From the NCBI GenBank assembly GCA_963664325.2, contig CAXXDQ010000002.1, positions 1 through 64,000 of the forward strand: a stretch of DNA of 64,000 nucleotides, in the 5' to 3' direction. The notes below the pieces were generated by a model, which was not told the DNA's origin, made no database searches, and saw nothing but the letters and a program-made list of their open reading frames with translations. The position numbers and the translations under genes are program-made. The first letter of the stretch is position 1. Each line of letters starts with the position of its first letter. Positions 1 through 7,936 of this stretch are shown here, one piece after another. The DNA is from Desulfomonilia bacterium (lineage in GTDB: Bacteria > Desulfobacterota > Desulfomonilia > UBA1062).

Positions 1-59
1 TGATAGGCTACTGGCTGGGCGTTTACTACGGGGTGCTTCCCGGTGGAGGCAGCGCATAG
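1..59 (+). CDS. 3' end of an unidentified CDS entering the window (..IGYWLGVYYGVLPGGGSA*)
   Basis: Open frame from position 3 to TAG at 57-59, converging on the next gene; too short to identify. Confidence 0.35.
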   Translation, partial: IGYWLGVYYGVLPGGGSA

Positions 60-115
60 CAACGCTGCGGCTGCATCCCGGTTATCCTTTCAGAATGCTG
101 GTGAGGAAAAAAATT

Positions 116-1465
116 TTACTCCGCTGTGGCTATAAAGCAGCCACCGCCTCCTCCACCGCCTCCTCCACTGTCGCTGGCAGGTGTTGTATTGTCCGGGTTT
201 GGATTCGTCTCCGGGGTTATAATATCAGGCTCCACGTTTGGATTGGCATCCGGCAAGGCTGTCCCCATGTTATTTTTGTAGTAGGTTAAACCCTCAACCG
301 TGGTATTGCTGTAGAGAGGAGTACCTGCACAGAGATCAAGACCTATTGCAGAATCCTTGGCGCAGAATGAAGTCATGTAACCGTCATTGTCAAAAATTAA
401 TTTGGAGAAGTACAAGCCTGTTCCAGCCCCGCTGAACTCAAAGGTATATGGATCAGTGCCGGTTCTATTCATGGAGATATTAAAGATGTTGATTGTTGAA
501 CCCTGCAAGGTTTCTTGTGGAACCCACCACCAGAGATATTGACCGAATGCATTCCAGTTCTCGGGCGGGTAATTGGATGCAGGCGGGATTGTCTGTGTTA
601 TGCTTTTCAGGACCGGAACACTGCCGAAAAAGCAATAATTTTCATCTACCGGCAAAAAGGATTTTATGCTTCCACCGGCCTGGGTTGATGTAATCATTTG
701 TATTGTATCGCCATATCGGGTTTCAACAGAGGCTTTTATATCGACAAGGTTTAAAGGCGTTGACGACTTGGTGGCGTTTGACTTGAACCCGGTATGCGGG
801 CCATTGTCTTCGGCAAAGGCCTTCTGAGTGGTAAAGTCATAATTTATCTCGCTCAATATGAAGAACACTGTTGTTGTCAGTGTCCGCTTGATATTGAACA
901 GGCACAGTCCTGTTTCGGCATCAAAAAATGCGGTCCCTGCGACTTCATCGAAATCCGGGGCCAACAGATTGCCGTAAACCAGCTTTACCACATTCCTCTG
1001 GGCCGCAAGGTCGAATAATGCCTTTATCGGAAGAAGGAGATAAGGGATGGAATTGAATTCGGCATTATTGTTTTTAAAATCATTGTATGAATTATACGCA
1101 TTTCGATATATGGATTTGATGCCGATGCCCATCCAGTTGTCTCCGGCCTGGATGTTCTGGAGCACCTGGGGGTGTATCCAGATAGGGCCTTTGTCGATGC
1201 GGGAGTACGCAACAGCGCTATCTGCCATACTGAGCGAGTCCCAATGGTTTTTTCCTGAATATCTTGTCACCTGAATATTATGCCCGCTGACAGGACCGAA
1301 CAAATATGCCTCTTCCGCATCTGAAGTCATACCGGTGCCGACAGAGCCATAATACCAGACGCGCACTCCCTTCTGCATCCATTTAACGTCAATCGCCCAG
1401 ACATCGGTCCCCAGGGAACTCCACCCAAGAACCACCAGCAGACAGATAAGAAACCTCTTCTTCAT
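116..1465 (-). CDS. Secreted protein with Pro/Asn linker and C-terminal GGGG-CFIATA (CFI-box-CTERM-like) tail
   Basis: 449 aa; signal peptide MKKRFLICLLVVLGWSSLG; ends PETNPNPDNTTPASDSGGGGGGGGGCFIATAE. Confidence 0.8.
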   Translation of the reverse strand: MKKRFLICLLVVLGWSSLGTDVWAIDVKWMQKGVRVWYYGSVGTGMTSDAEEAYLFGPVSGHNIQVTRYSGKNHWDSLSMADSAVAYSRIDKGPIWIHPQVLQNIQAGDNWMGIGIKSIYRNAYNSYNDFKNNNAEFNSIPYLLLPIKALFDLAAQRNVVKLVYGNLLAPDFDEVAGTAFFDAETGLCLFNIKRTLTTTVFFILSEINYDFTTQKAFAEDNGPHTGFKSNATKSSTPLNLVDIKASVETRYGDTIQMITSTQAGGSIKSFLPVDENYCFFGSVPVLKSITQTIPPASNYPPENWNAFGQYLWWWVPQETLQGSTINIFNISMNRTGTDPYTFEFSGAGTGLYFSKLIFDNDGYMTSFCAKDSAIGLDLCAGTPLYSNTTVEGLTYYKNNMGTALPDANPNVEPDIITPETNPNPDNTTPASDSGGGGGGGGGCFIATAE

Positions 1466-1704
1466 AATTGTTCTCCTTGCTAAACGCTAAATTGAAGGTT
1501 GGATAATAACAAAATCATCTTACAATATAATAATAATGTTGGCATTCTTGCGTGTCAATATGGATTCACCTTTGCTTATGATGGGCAGGCTCATGTTGAT
1601 GCCTTTTTATAATTAACAAATACAATTGGAAAAACATTTTATTGCGGTTATAATCATGACCTTGACTTTATAACTTAAGATATTGATTTACCTGGGGAGG
1701 TTTT

Positions 1705-4374
1705 GTGAAAAAGTTTTTATTCGTGTGTGCGTCTATAATTATCCTGGCAGCGTGTTCCGCATCTGATGACAATCACACTTCACAGGTCAGTTCCAACACT
1801 GTCCAAAATCAGACGGAACGGGATGGATTAAGTGCTCAACCGGCAAACATGATCTTTGATTACAAGCCGCCGTATCCTGAAGATTCCCCATGGCCCTGTT
1901 TCAGGCGCGATCACAGAAACTCCGGGAACAGCCCGGTAAAGGCAAACTATAACGGCAGGTCTCCCTGGTCGTTCAAGACTTCAAAGGGCATATTCAGCAC
2001 CCCGGTAATCGACGGGGAGGAAACAGTATATTTCGGATCGGCCGATAAGAATTTCTATGCTGTTAACCCGGATGGCACTCTGAAATGGCAATTCACCTGC
2101 GGGGAGCTTATAGATTCTGCGGCCGCATTAAGCCCGTACAACGATAAGCTCGGGTGTCCAACAATAACCGTCCCTTCAGGCGACGGCTATCTGTATAATC
2201 TCCGCACCGACAGCCTTGGTGAAGCTCAGGAACGTGTAATCTGGAAATATGATGCAACCCGGGACGTGACCGGTGGCGGCAAGTGCAACTGGTGGGAGGC
2301 GAATGTAGTAATGGGTTATGACGGGACCTATTACGCAGGGAACACCAACTGGAATTATTATGCGATCAATCCGGACGGCACGCTGAAATGGGTATATCCG
2401 ACCAGGAACATCGACTGGTCTGCCGCTTCATTCGATGACGAAGGCAATATATTCTGGAGTTCCCTTGACCTTTCCGTCCACAAGGTAAGTCCGGCCGGCA
2501 GGAATATATGGAAAAAGACAACGCTCATGTTTGTTGTCTCGTCAGTGGCCCTGGGTTCGGATGGCACTGCGTATTTCGGTTCATTCGACAATAATGTTTA
2601 TGCCCTTGATCCCGCAACGGGCAAGACAAAATGGCGGTATGTGACGAACGGCCATATATACGGCTCTCCCGCCCTCGGGACGGACAGCGACGGTAAAACT
2701 AATGCAATATATATAGTATCAACCGACGGTATAATCTATGCGTTGAATCCTCAAGGCAAACTGCTGTGGCGGTATGATGCTGGCGACCCGATCCGCTCGT
2801 CTCCGGTAATAGGAAAGGCACCTGCTGATGAGGACCGCGAGATTGTTTATTTCGGATGCTCGGACGGAAGACTCTATGCCATCAATGCGGATACCGGCAA
2901 AAAGCGCTGGTCGTTTGATACGACAACATATGACGATCCCGAATTAAGAGACAGGAATGATCTCAACGGCTCTCCGGCGCTTGGAAGGAACGGTATATAT
3001 ATAGGCGGAGAACACGGCTATCTATGGTTTGTCCCTTATGACTACCCGTTGTCAAATGAAGGAAGTCTTGACAGCAGATGTTCAGTTGGCGGCGGCGAGG
3101 CGTTTGATGATGATGTCAGGGCGGTCTATTTCGTCACACCCGGCGGTTCTACTGAAACAACCGGCATAAATGAACCGTTGTCCGCGGCGACAACTATTAC
3201 AACAAGGCTTGTGGTGAGAGAGGCGGGCGTGACTGTTGACGCCGGCCTTTATTCATTCCCTCTGTTTGACATATATCCCCTTGAAGACATCATAAAAATA
3301 ACACCCGAGGTTGATTTTTCCGCAGAGCTCTCGGCGGACGGCCATTATATCCATATCAACCCGGTGGAATTCCTGGAACCCTTGACCGAATATACGATTA
3401 CATTTGACGGGTTTTACATCGCAATGGGGCTGCATATCGGGAACATTGAAATAGGGGGTACGAGAGGCGGTAAAATCAAGGATGAGGTTAAATTTAAAAC
3501 CGCCGGAACTGTTTCCGGGTTTCCGATGTCTGCAGGTTCGGATGAGGTTTCAGCCCTTGAGATGAGAAGACTTGCCGTCCCTTTCCCGGCAATGATGACA
3601 AGCCTGAACCAGATAGGGTTTGACAGCTATCACTGGATTGAGGGTGTGCTTGATATGACAGGACCTGATGAGAACGGCGAGGGCAGATTCCTTATCTTCT
3701 CAATCGGCGCGGTTTATAACGAAACAGGGGAACTTGTCCCAGATGCCGGAACAGAATTTACATTTCCTTTAAATGGAAAATACAGGGATGATTTTTTTAT
3801 ACTGGAGAACAGAGGCGTGATTTTTAATGTAAGCAATGTGAGGATTCCTTTCAATCTTTTCCAGTTAAGGGGACAGTTCGGAGATAATATGTCGGTCAGG
3901 CCCGGTGCATCGGTTTATGCCGAAGTAAGCCCGTTCAGCGATCCGTATTACGGTCCACTGCTTGTGCTCGGCGGACTGATCAATAAAAATGCAAAAATGG
4001 TCGCAGGCGGAACCTTCATTGCACAGAAATATACCGGAAACGCCAGCAAGAGGCCTTCAGGCGTAACAGTATCAGGCTTGAAATATTCAAAGCCGACGCT
4101 GCTTAAGAAAGGTTATGTGGAAGCTTCGGTCAATGTGGAAAATGGCTCTGCCTGGAATCCTGATGAGCATTTGCCTGGGATTGTTCTTGTAAATCCAGAA
4201 AATCTTGAGGCCGTAAGCCTTGATTATAGAAAACTTATATCCGCTTCAAAAGACGCTTCCGGGAATATAAGCGGCATTAGGCTTGAGATTCCGGCCGGGA
4301 CAAAACTGCCTGCAAAGCTTTCGGCCTATGTTGTTCTAGATGTCTTTCCGGTTTTCAAAAAGGAAATACAATAA
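1705..4374 (+). CDS. Lipoprotein with PQQ-like (BamB-type) beta-propeller repeats and a C-terminal extension
   Basis: Lipobox ILAAC; repeated motifs such as YFGSxDxxxYAxNPDGTLKW; GTG start after GGGGAGG. Confidence 0.85.
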   Translation: MKKFLFVCASIIILAACSASDDNHTSQVSSNTVQNQTERDGLSAQPANMIFDYKPPYPEDSPWPCFRRDHRNSGNSPVKANYNGRSPWSFKTSKGIFSTPVIDGEETVYFGSADKNFYAVNPDGTLKWQFTCGELIDSAAALSPYNDKLGCPTITVPSGDGYLYNLRTDSLGEAQERVIWKYDATRDVTGGGKCNWWEANVVMGYDGTYYAGNTNWNYYAINPDGTLKWVYPTRNIDWSAASFDDEGNIFWSSLDLSVHKVSPAGRNIWKKTTLMFVVSSVALGSDGTAYFGSFDNNVYALDPATGKTKWRYVTNGHIYGSPALGTDSDGKTNAIYIVSTDGIIYALNPQGKLLWRYDAGDPIRSSPVIGKAPADEDREIVYFGCSDGRLYAINADTGKKRWSFDTTTYDDPELRDRNDLNGSPALGRNGIYIGGEHGYLWFVPYDYPLSNEGSLDSRCSVGGGEAFDDDVRAVYFVTPGGSTETTGINEPLSAATTITTRLVVREAGVTVDAGLYSFPLFDIYPLEDIIKITPEVDFSAELSADGHYIHINPVEFLEPLTEYTITFDGFYIAMGLHIGNIEIGGTRGGKIKDEVKFKTAGTVSGFPMSAGSDEVSALEMRRLAVPFPAMMTSLNQIGFDSYHWIEGVLDMTGPDENGEGRFLIFSIGAVYNETGELVPDAGTEFTFPLNGKYRDDFFILENRGVIFNVSNVRIPFNLFQLRGQFGDNMSVRPGASVYAEVSPFSDPYYGPLLVLGGLINKNAKMVAGGTFIAQKYTGNASKRPSGVTVSGLKYSKPTLLKKGYVEASVNVENGSAWNPDEHLPGIVLVNPENLEAVSLDYRKLISASKDASGNISGIRLEIPAGTKLPAKLSAYVVLDVFPVFKKEIQ

Positions 4375-4460
4375 TTGCTGGAACGAAGAGGCGTCTGAAC
4401 ACAGTCCTACCGGTGTGCCTGACGCTGATGGGCTTGTGCAAACAGACCTCCCTTGCGGGA

Positions 4461-5045
4461 TCAGGTGCGGCGGCCCACACCTTCTTTCATTGTCGTCAGG
4501 AAGGCCTGGATTTCCTCATCCGTGAGTCCTGCCTTTTCGATTGAAAGCTCCTGTTTGAGCGCGGCGATGTGGTCTGTGACCGGTTGCAGGGCAGCGTGTG
4601 AAGGTGAAAGCTCTTCGATATACAGGTCGGGGTCCTTGGATGAACCCAGAAGCACATAACGGAAGAGTCGAATGGGCGGCCTCAATGCGTGCTCGAAAAT
4701 TGAAAAGGCCTCGGGGATGAAGGCCGGTGAAACGATTATGATCACGGGCGCGAGGGAGATGTCGATTTCCTCCTTGGTGTAGCAGCGGCCGAGGAAGCTC
4801 AAATTCGTATGGTACCACCAGTAGCCCATGAGAGCTCTGAGCAGGGCGTCTTCAAGGCGCGCTTCATTGACCGTGATCAGGAAGACATTCTTCTCGTCAG
4901 TAGCCAGCATGTCAATGCACCCTGTGAAGGCATTGCCCAGGCCATATTCCACGATGCGCAGTCCGAGCTCCTCGCTGAACCATTGGGCGCAGGCGCGCGT
5001 CGTCTGTTTATAGTCAGTTTCGCTGACCGGTTTAAGGTATCGCAT
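4461..5045 (-). CDS. Hypothetical protein, possible degenerate PD-(D/E)XK-like fold
   Basis: 194 aa; start overlaps the stop of the upstream gene; GCIDMLATD segment resembles the nuclease-fold core but no clear ExK. Confidence 0.6.
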   Translation of the reverse strand: MRYLKPVSETDYKQTTRACAQWFSEELGLRIVEYGLGNAFTGCIDMLATDEKNVFLITVNEARLEDALLRALMGYWWYHTNLSFLGRCYTKEEIDISLAPVIIIVSPAFIPEAFSIFEHALRPPIRLFRYVLLGSSKDPDLYIEELSPSHAALQPVTDHIAALKQELSIEKAGLTDEEIQAFLTTMKEGVGRRT

Positions 5046-5887
5046 CAGGCCTCCTTTACTATGTGTACTTCTACTTGATCCAGTGTTTCAAAGAGCCGTT
5101 CGCATATCTCGCTGAACCTGATACCGGCCTCCGAGCCGCCCCTGGAGAGAACCAGTGGCATATGTTCCTTTATGGAACGCTGGATCCGTTCGTCATGGAT
5201 AAGGTTGCCGATTAGGTGCAGACTGCATCCGAGACGATGTCTGACGAATCCCGCGAACTGCTGGAAGATATTTTCCGACTGTTCTCCCGGGGGCGCATCA
5301 TCGAGAACCAGATGAATCCTGTGGGCGCCCTTTCCCCGCATGACCTTGCAGAAAGCATACGCCTGGAGCAGGCTGTTCCCGTCGGTTTTCGTGGCCAGAA
5401 TATATTCATTGCAGGCCGTGCTTTTGTCAAAGAACTCGAGGGGGCCGGGTGCATTCACCAGGTAGAATCGTCCCAGTACTCCGGCCGGGGGATCCTCGTC
5501 CCGGTCGGCAGGCTGATTCTCGAGCCAGATCTCGCCTGGATCGGATTCTATGATCTCTATCTCGGGTAATCCGTACAAGTGAATGATATTCTTGCCCGGG
5601 CTGTCCTCTTCCGGGAGGATTGCCTCCATTAGTGTTTTTGTCCGGGCCTCGCCCGGCGGGGCGAAGTCCTGCACCCGGACCTGATGACGCCGCTTGGCCA
5701 GTTCCAGGGCAAGATTGGTCAGGAGGCAGGACTGCAGGGTCAGTGAGCCCGGATGACAGACAGCAATGGACCTCCATGCGGTTCTGGCGAAAGCCGCCGT
5801 GGCACGCTGCGGTATGCGCGGAGAAAGGAAATGCTGGGACACGTCATCAAGGCCCCGTCCCAGTTTTGGTTTATCCTTAATGTTCAA
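5045..5887 (-). CDS. MinD/FlhG-like protein with degenerate P-loop and N-terminal ParB-type KLGRGL peptide
   Basis: TNLALELAKRRHQVRVQD, SLLQAYAFCKVM and DERIQRSIKEHMPLV resemble FlhG/MinD segments; KGGxGKT absent; N-terminus KPKLGRGLDDVSQHF. Confidence 0.7.
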   Translation of the reverse strand: MNIKDKPKLGRGLDDVSQHFLSPRIPQRATAAFARTAWRSIAVCHPGSLTLQSCLLTNLALELAKRRHQVRVQDFAPPGEARTKTLMEAILPEEDSPGKNIIHLYGLPEIEIIESDPGEIWLENQPADRDEDPPAGVLGRFYLVNAPGPLEFFDKSTACNEYILATKTDGNSLLQAYAFCKVMRGKGAHRIHLVLDDAPPGEQSENIFQQFAGFVRHRLGCSLHLIGNLIHDERIQRSIKEHMPLVLSRGGSEAGIRFSEICERLFETLDQVEVHIVKEA

Positions 5888-7020
5888 TCGATTTTGATTA
5901 CGGAATTTTCACCGTACTGGTTGGCGGCTGTGTGGGGATTCTGGGGGTCGTTCACCCACTTGTCGTCGACATAGAACTTGTACTCGTATTTTCCGCTGGC
6001 AAGCGGCACGAGCCTCTGCCATACCCCCGTCCCCTCGATTTTCTCCATTGGTGCTTCTCCGATGGTCCATTCGTTGAAATCGGCCACCACGTGGACCCGG
6101 GAGGCCTCCTGGGAATAATAACGGAACAGGACCCCTTCCTCTGTAACCACCGGTGTGAGGCTGCCGATGTCATGGGCGCCCCTGTCCGGCCTGACCTCAT
6201 GGGGAAATTTGGAAGGAAGTGTCGAATCGAACTGGTCGCTGACCTGTCTGGTTTTGCGCAGCGCTATGACCTCGCGCGCCAGGCTTATGTAGTCATTGAA
6301 GCCCGAGCTCAGTATGTCATAGTCGATGATGCTCTGCCCGTATCCGGCGGCTTCCTTCAGCTTCACAGTGTAGTTGATGATCGTTTTGAATGCATGTTCC
6401 TGCATGTGGGTCCTGATTTCCTTGAGCGATTCGTGAGCGATCCTCGTCCTGCGGTCGAACATCGTAGCCAGGGCGTATGCCTGGATTTCCCGGTTGCGCT
6501 GACGGCTCACGATTTCTATTGTTTCCAGGAGCCTGGCCAGGCCGTGCAATGCGAACAGCCCGCTCTCGATCGGTATGATTGCCTCGGTGCAGGCGAAGAT
6601 CGCATTGAAGGTCAGGATTCCGATGTTAGGCGGACAGTCGATGAGGATGAAATCGTACTGGTCGGCAAGAGGTGCAAGTATGATGGCCAGGGCTGTTTCG
6701 CGGTTCTGACGCTGGAGCAGGACCGGCTCGGCCATGCTGAGGCTGATATCGGACGGGAGCAGGTGCAGAGTATCCGAGAGCGTTGCGATGGCGGCTGCGA
6801 CCGCAGTGGTACCGGCAGGGTCCTCCATCAGGAGGTCGGAAACGCTCGGGGCGTCGTCGTCTCTCGCGTGACCGAGGCCCAGGGTGGCATGTGCCTGAGG
6901 GTCCAGATCGACAATGAGGGTCTTTTTCTTTAAAAATGCCAGACAAGCCCCTAGATTCATCGTCGTTGTTGTCTTGCCGCATCCGCCTTTTTGGTTAATA
7001 ACAGCGATACACCTCATCAT
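5884..7020 (-). CDS. ParA/Soj-family ATPase fused to a C-terminal CBM48 (AMPK-beta-like glycogen-binding) domain
   Basis: NQKGGCGKTT, VDLDPQAHAT, IDCPP, TMFDRRT; C-terminal VADFNEW..GVW..GKYEYKFYVDDKWVNDPQNP. Confidence 0.9.
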   Translation of the reverse strand: MMRCIAVINQKGGCGKTTTTMNLGACLAFLKKKTLIVDLDPQAHATLGLGHARDDDAPSVSDLLMEDPAGTTAVAAAIATLSDTLHLLPSDISLSMAEPVLLQRQNRETALAIILAPLADQYDFILIDCPPNIGILTFNAIFACTEAIIPIESGLFALHGLARLLETIEIVSRQRNREIQAYALATMFDRRTRIAHESLKEIRTHMQEHAFKTIINYTVKLKEAAGYGQSIIDYDILSSGFNDYISLAREVIALRKTRQVSDQFDSTLPSKFPHEVRPDRGAHDIGSLTPVVTEEGVLFRYYSQEASRVHVVADFNEWTIGEAPMEKIEGTGVWQRLVPLASGKYEYKFYVDDKWVNDPQNPHTAANQYGENSVIKID

Positions 7021-7058
7021 TCTCTCCTCCTATAATAGGATTTTACCATACTTTTCCT

Positions 7059-7074
7059 TGCCCATATCGTGCCA
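7059..7074 (-). promoter_or_regulatory. Possible sigma54 promoter for the ParA-CBM48 operon
   Basis: Minus strand TGGCACGATATGGGCA: GG-N10-GC with a perfect TGGCAC but GG in place of TT before the -12 GC. Confidence 0.4.
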
Positions 7075-7364
7075 GTCACAAGAATTGCGAGGGCAGTTTA
7101 TTTCTCTGCACGGGCTCTGATATGTCTGTCCTCAGATCCGCAGGGGGAATCGCCCGGCGGTTGTAAAAATTTCTATGCATCTTGGATAACATTGACCCCC
7201 TTGCCTGTCAACTGGATGAATGATTCGCCGATAGACAATACAAGTCTTGATCAAAATGTAACGGCAGGGACGGTGGTAATACTCAATGATAGAGATATAT
7301 CCGGCCATGACGATAGGATCGCTTCATACCTGTAACAGCAAAATCGTTGACCGTCGGAAACAAT

Positions 7365-7425
7365 AACTGGTGCCGGAGGCGGGAATCGAACCCGCACGAG
7401 GCTGAGCCTCTTCGGATTTTGAGTC
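7365..7425 (-). repeat. att-like direct repeat: duplicated 3' part of tRNA-Leu(CAA)
   Basis: 61 bp identical to 20310-20370; identity ends just past the anticodon arm. Confidence 0.95.
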
Positions 7426-7536
7426 TATGGAATAGCCATTTTTATAACCTTTGCTACAAAAATTAGGATCTTAATTTCTGATTCAGTCCGTATTTCAATC
7501 AAATAATTGTAAATTGTCTTTATGGCCAATTTGTTG

Positions 7537-7653
7537 TAGCTCCGACTTGATCTGACAGGCGTCCTTTCTGATTTTGTTTTATTACTCCTCAGAAAGAATA
7601 GCTCGTGGGTACTCTATCTTCAACTACCCAACTGTCAGATTAAATCGGAACTA
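7537..7653. repeat. Nested inverted repeats (22-bp outer arms enclosing two hairpins)
   Basis: 7537-7558 vs 7632-7653 match 19/22 as reverse complements; inner stems CTTTCTGA/TCAGAAAG (7564-7571/7589-7596) and TGGGTA/TACCCA (7606-7611/7625-7630). Confidence 0.7.
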
Positions 7654-7881
7654 TTACACTTCAAAAAATTCATCGATCATTTCATTGATATCAAATTGAG
7701 AAAAACTGTGAGTGCTTTCTGGCCAATAAAGTGCTAATTCTTCCCTCATCTCACCAAGCGTGACTCCGTTAGGATATTCCCTTACTAGTATCCTCAACGC
7801 AAACAGCAAATATATATCAAAACTCATTAACCCCAATCTCTGCGCCAATTCGACCTAATCATATTTTATCTTTTGTGACAT
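7654..7881 (-). pseudogene. Small ORF with an in-frame TAG at codon 9 (MSQKIKYD*VELAQRLGL...)
   Basis: ATG at 7881 after AAAGGGA is in frame with ORF 7654-7848; TAG at 7857-7855. Confidence 0.45.
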
Positions 7882-7936
7882 TATTCAATCCCTTTTTTAA
7901 GGTGACACACTCCCCTCACATTAAGGAATAGATTTC

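Noticed and set aside
140-170. CCACCGCCTCCT tandem as a regulatory microsatellite
   Set aside because: It simply encodes the poly-Gly linker before the CFIATA tail.
5932-6933. 333-aa plus-strand ORF
   Set aside because: Antisense shadow of the GC-rich ParA-CBM48 gene with no recognisable motifs.
7365-7425. Second tRNA-Leu gene
   Set aside because: It lacks the 5' acceptor strand and D-arm; it is the att duplication.
7449-7460. 12-bp inverted match (CTTTGCTACAAA) to 20412-20423 upstream of the tRNA
   Set aside because: Short and AT-rich, and one copy lies outside the island; chance is plausible.
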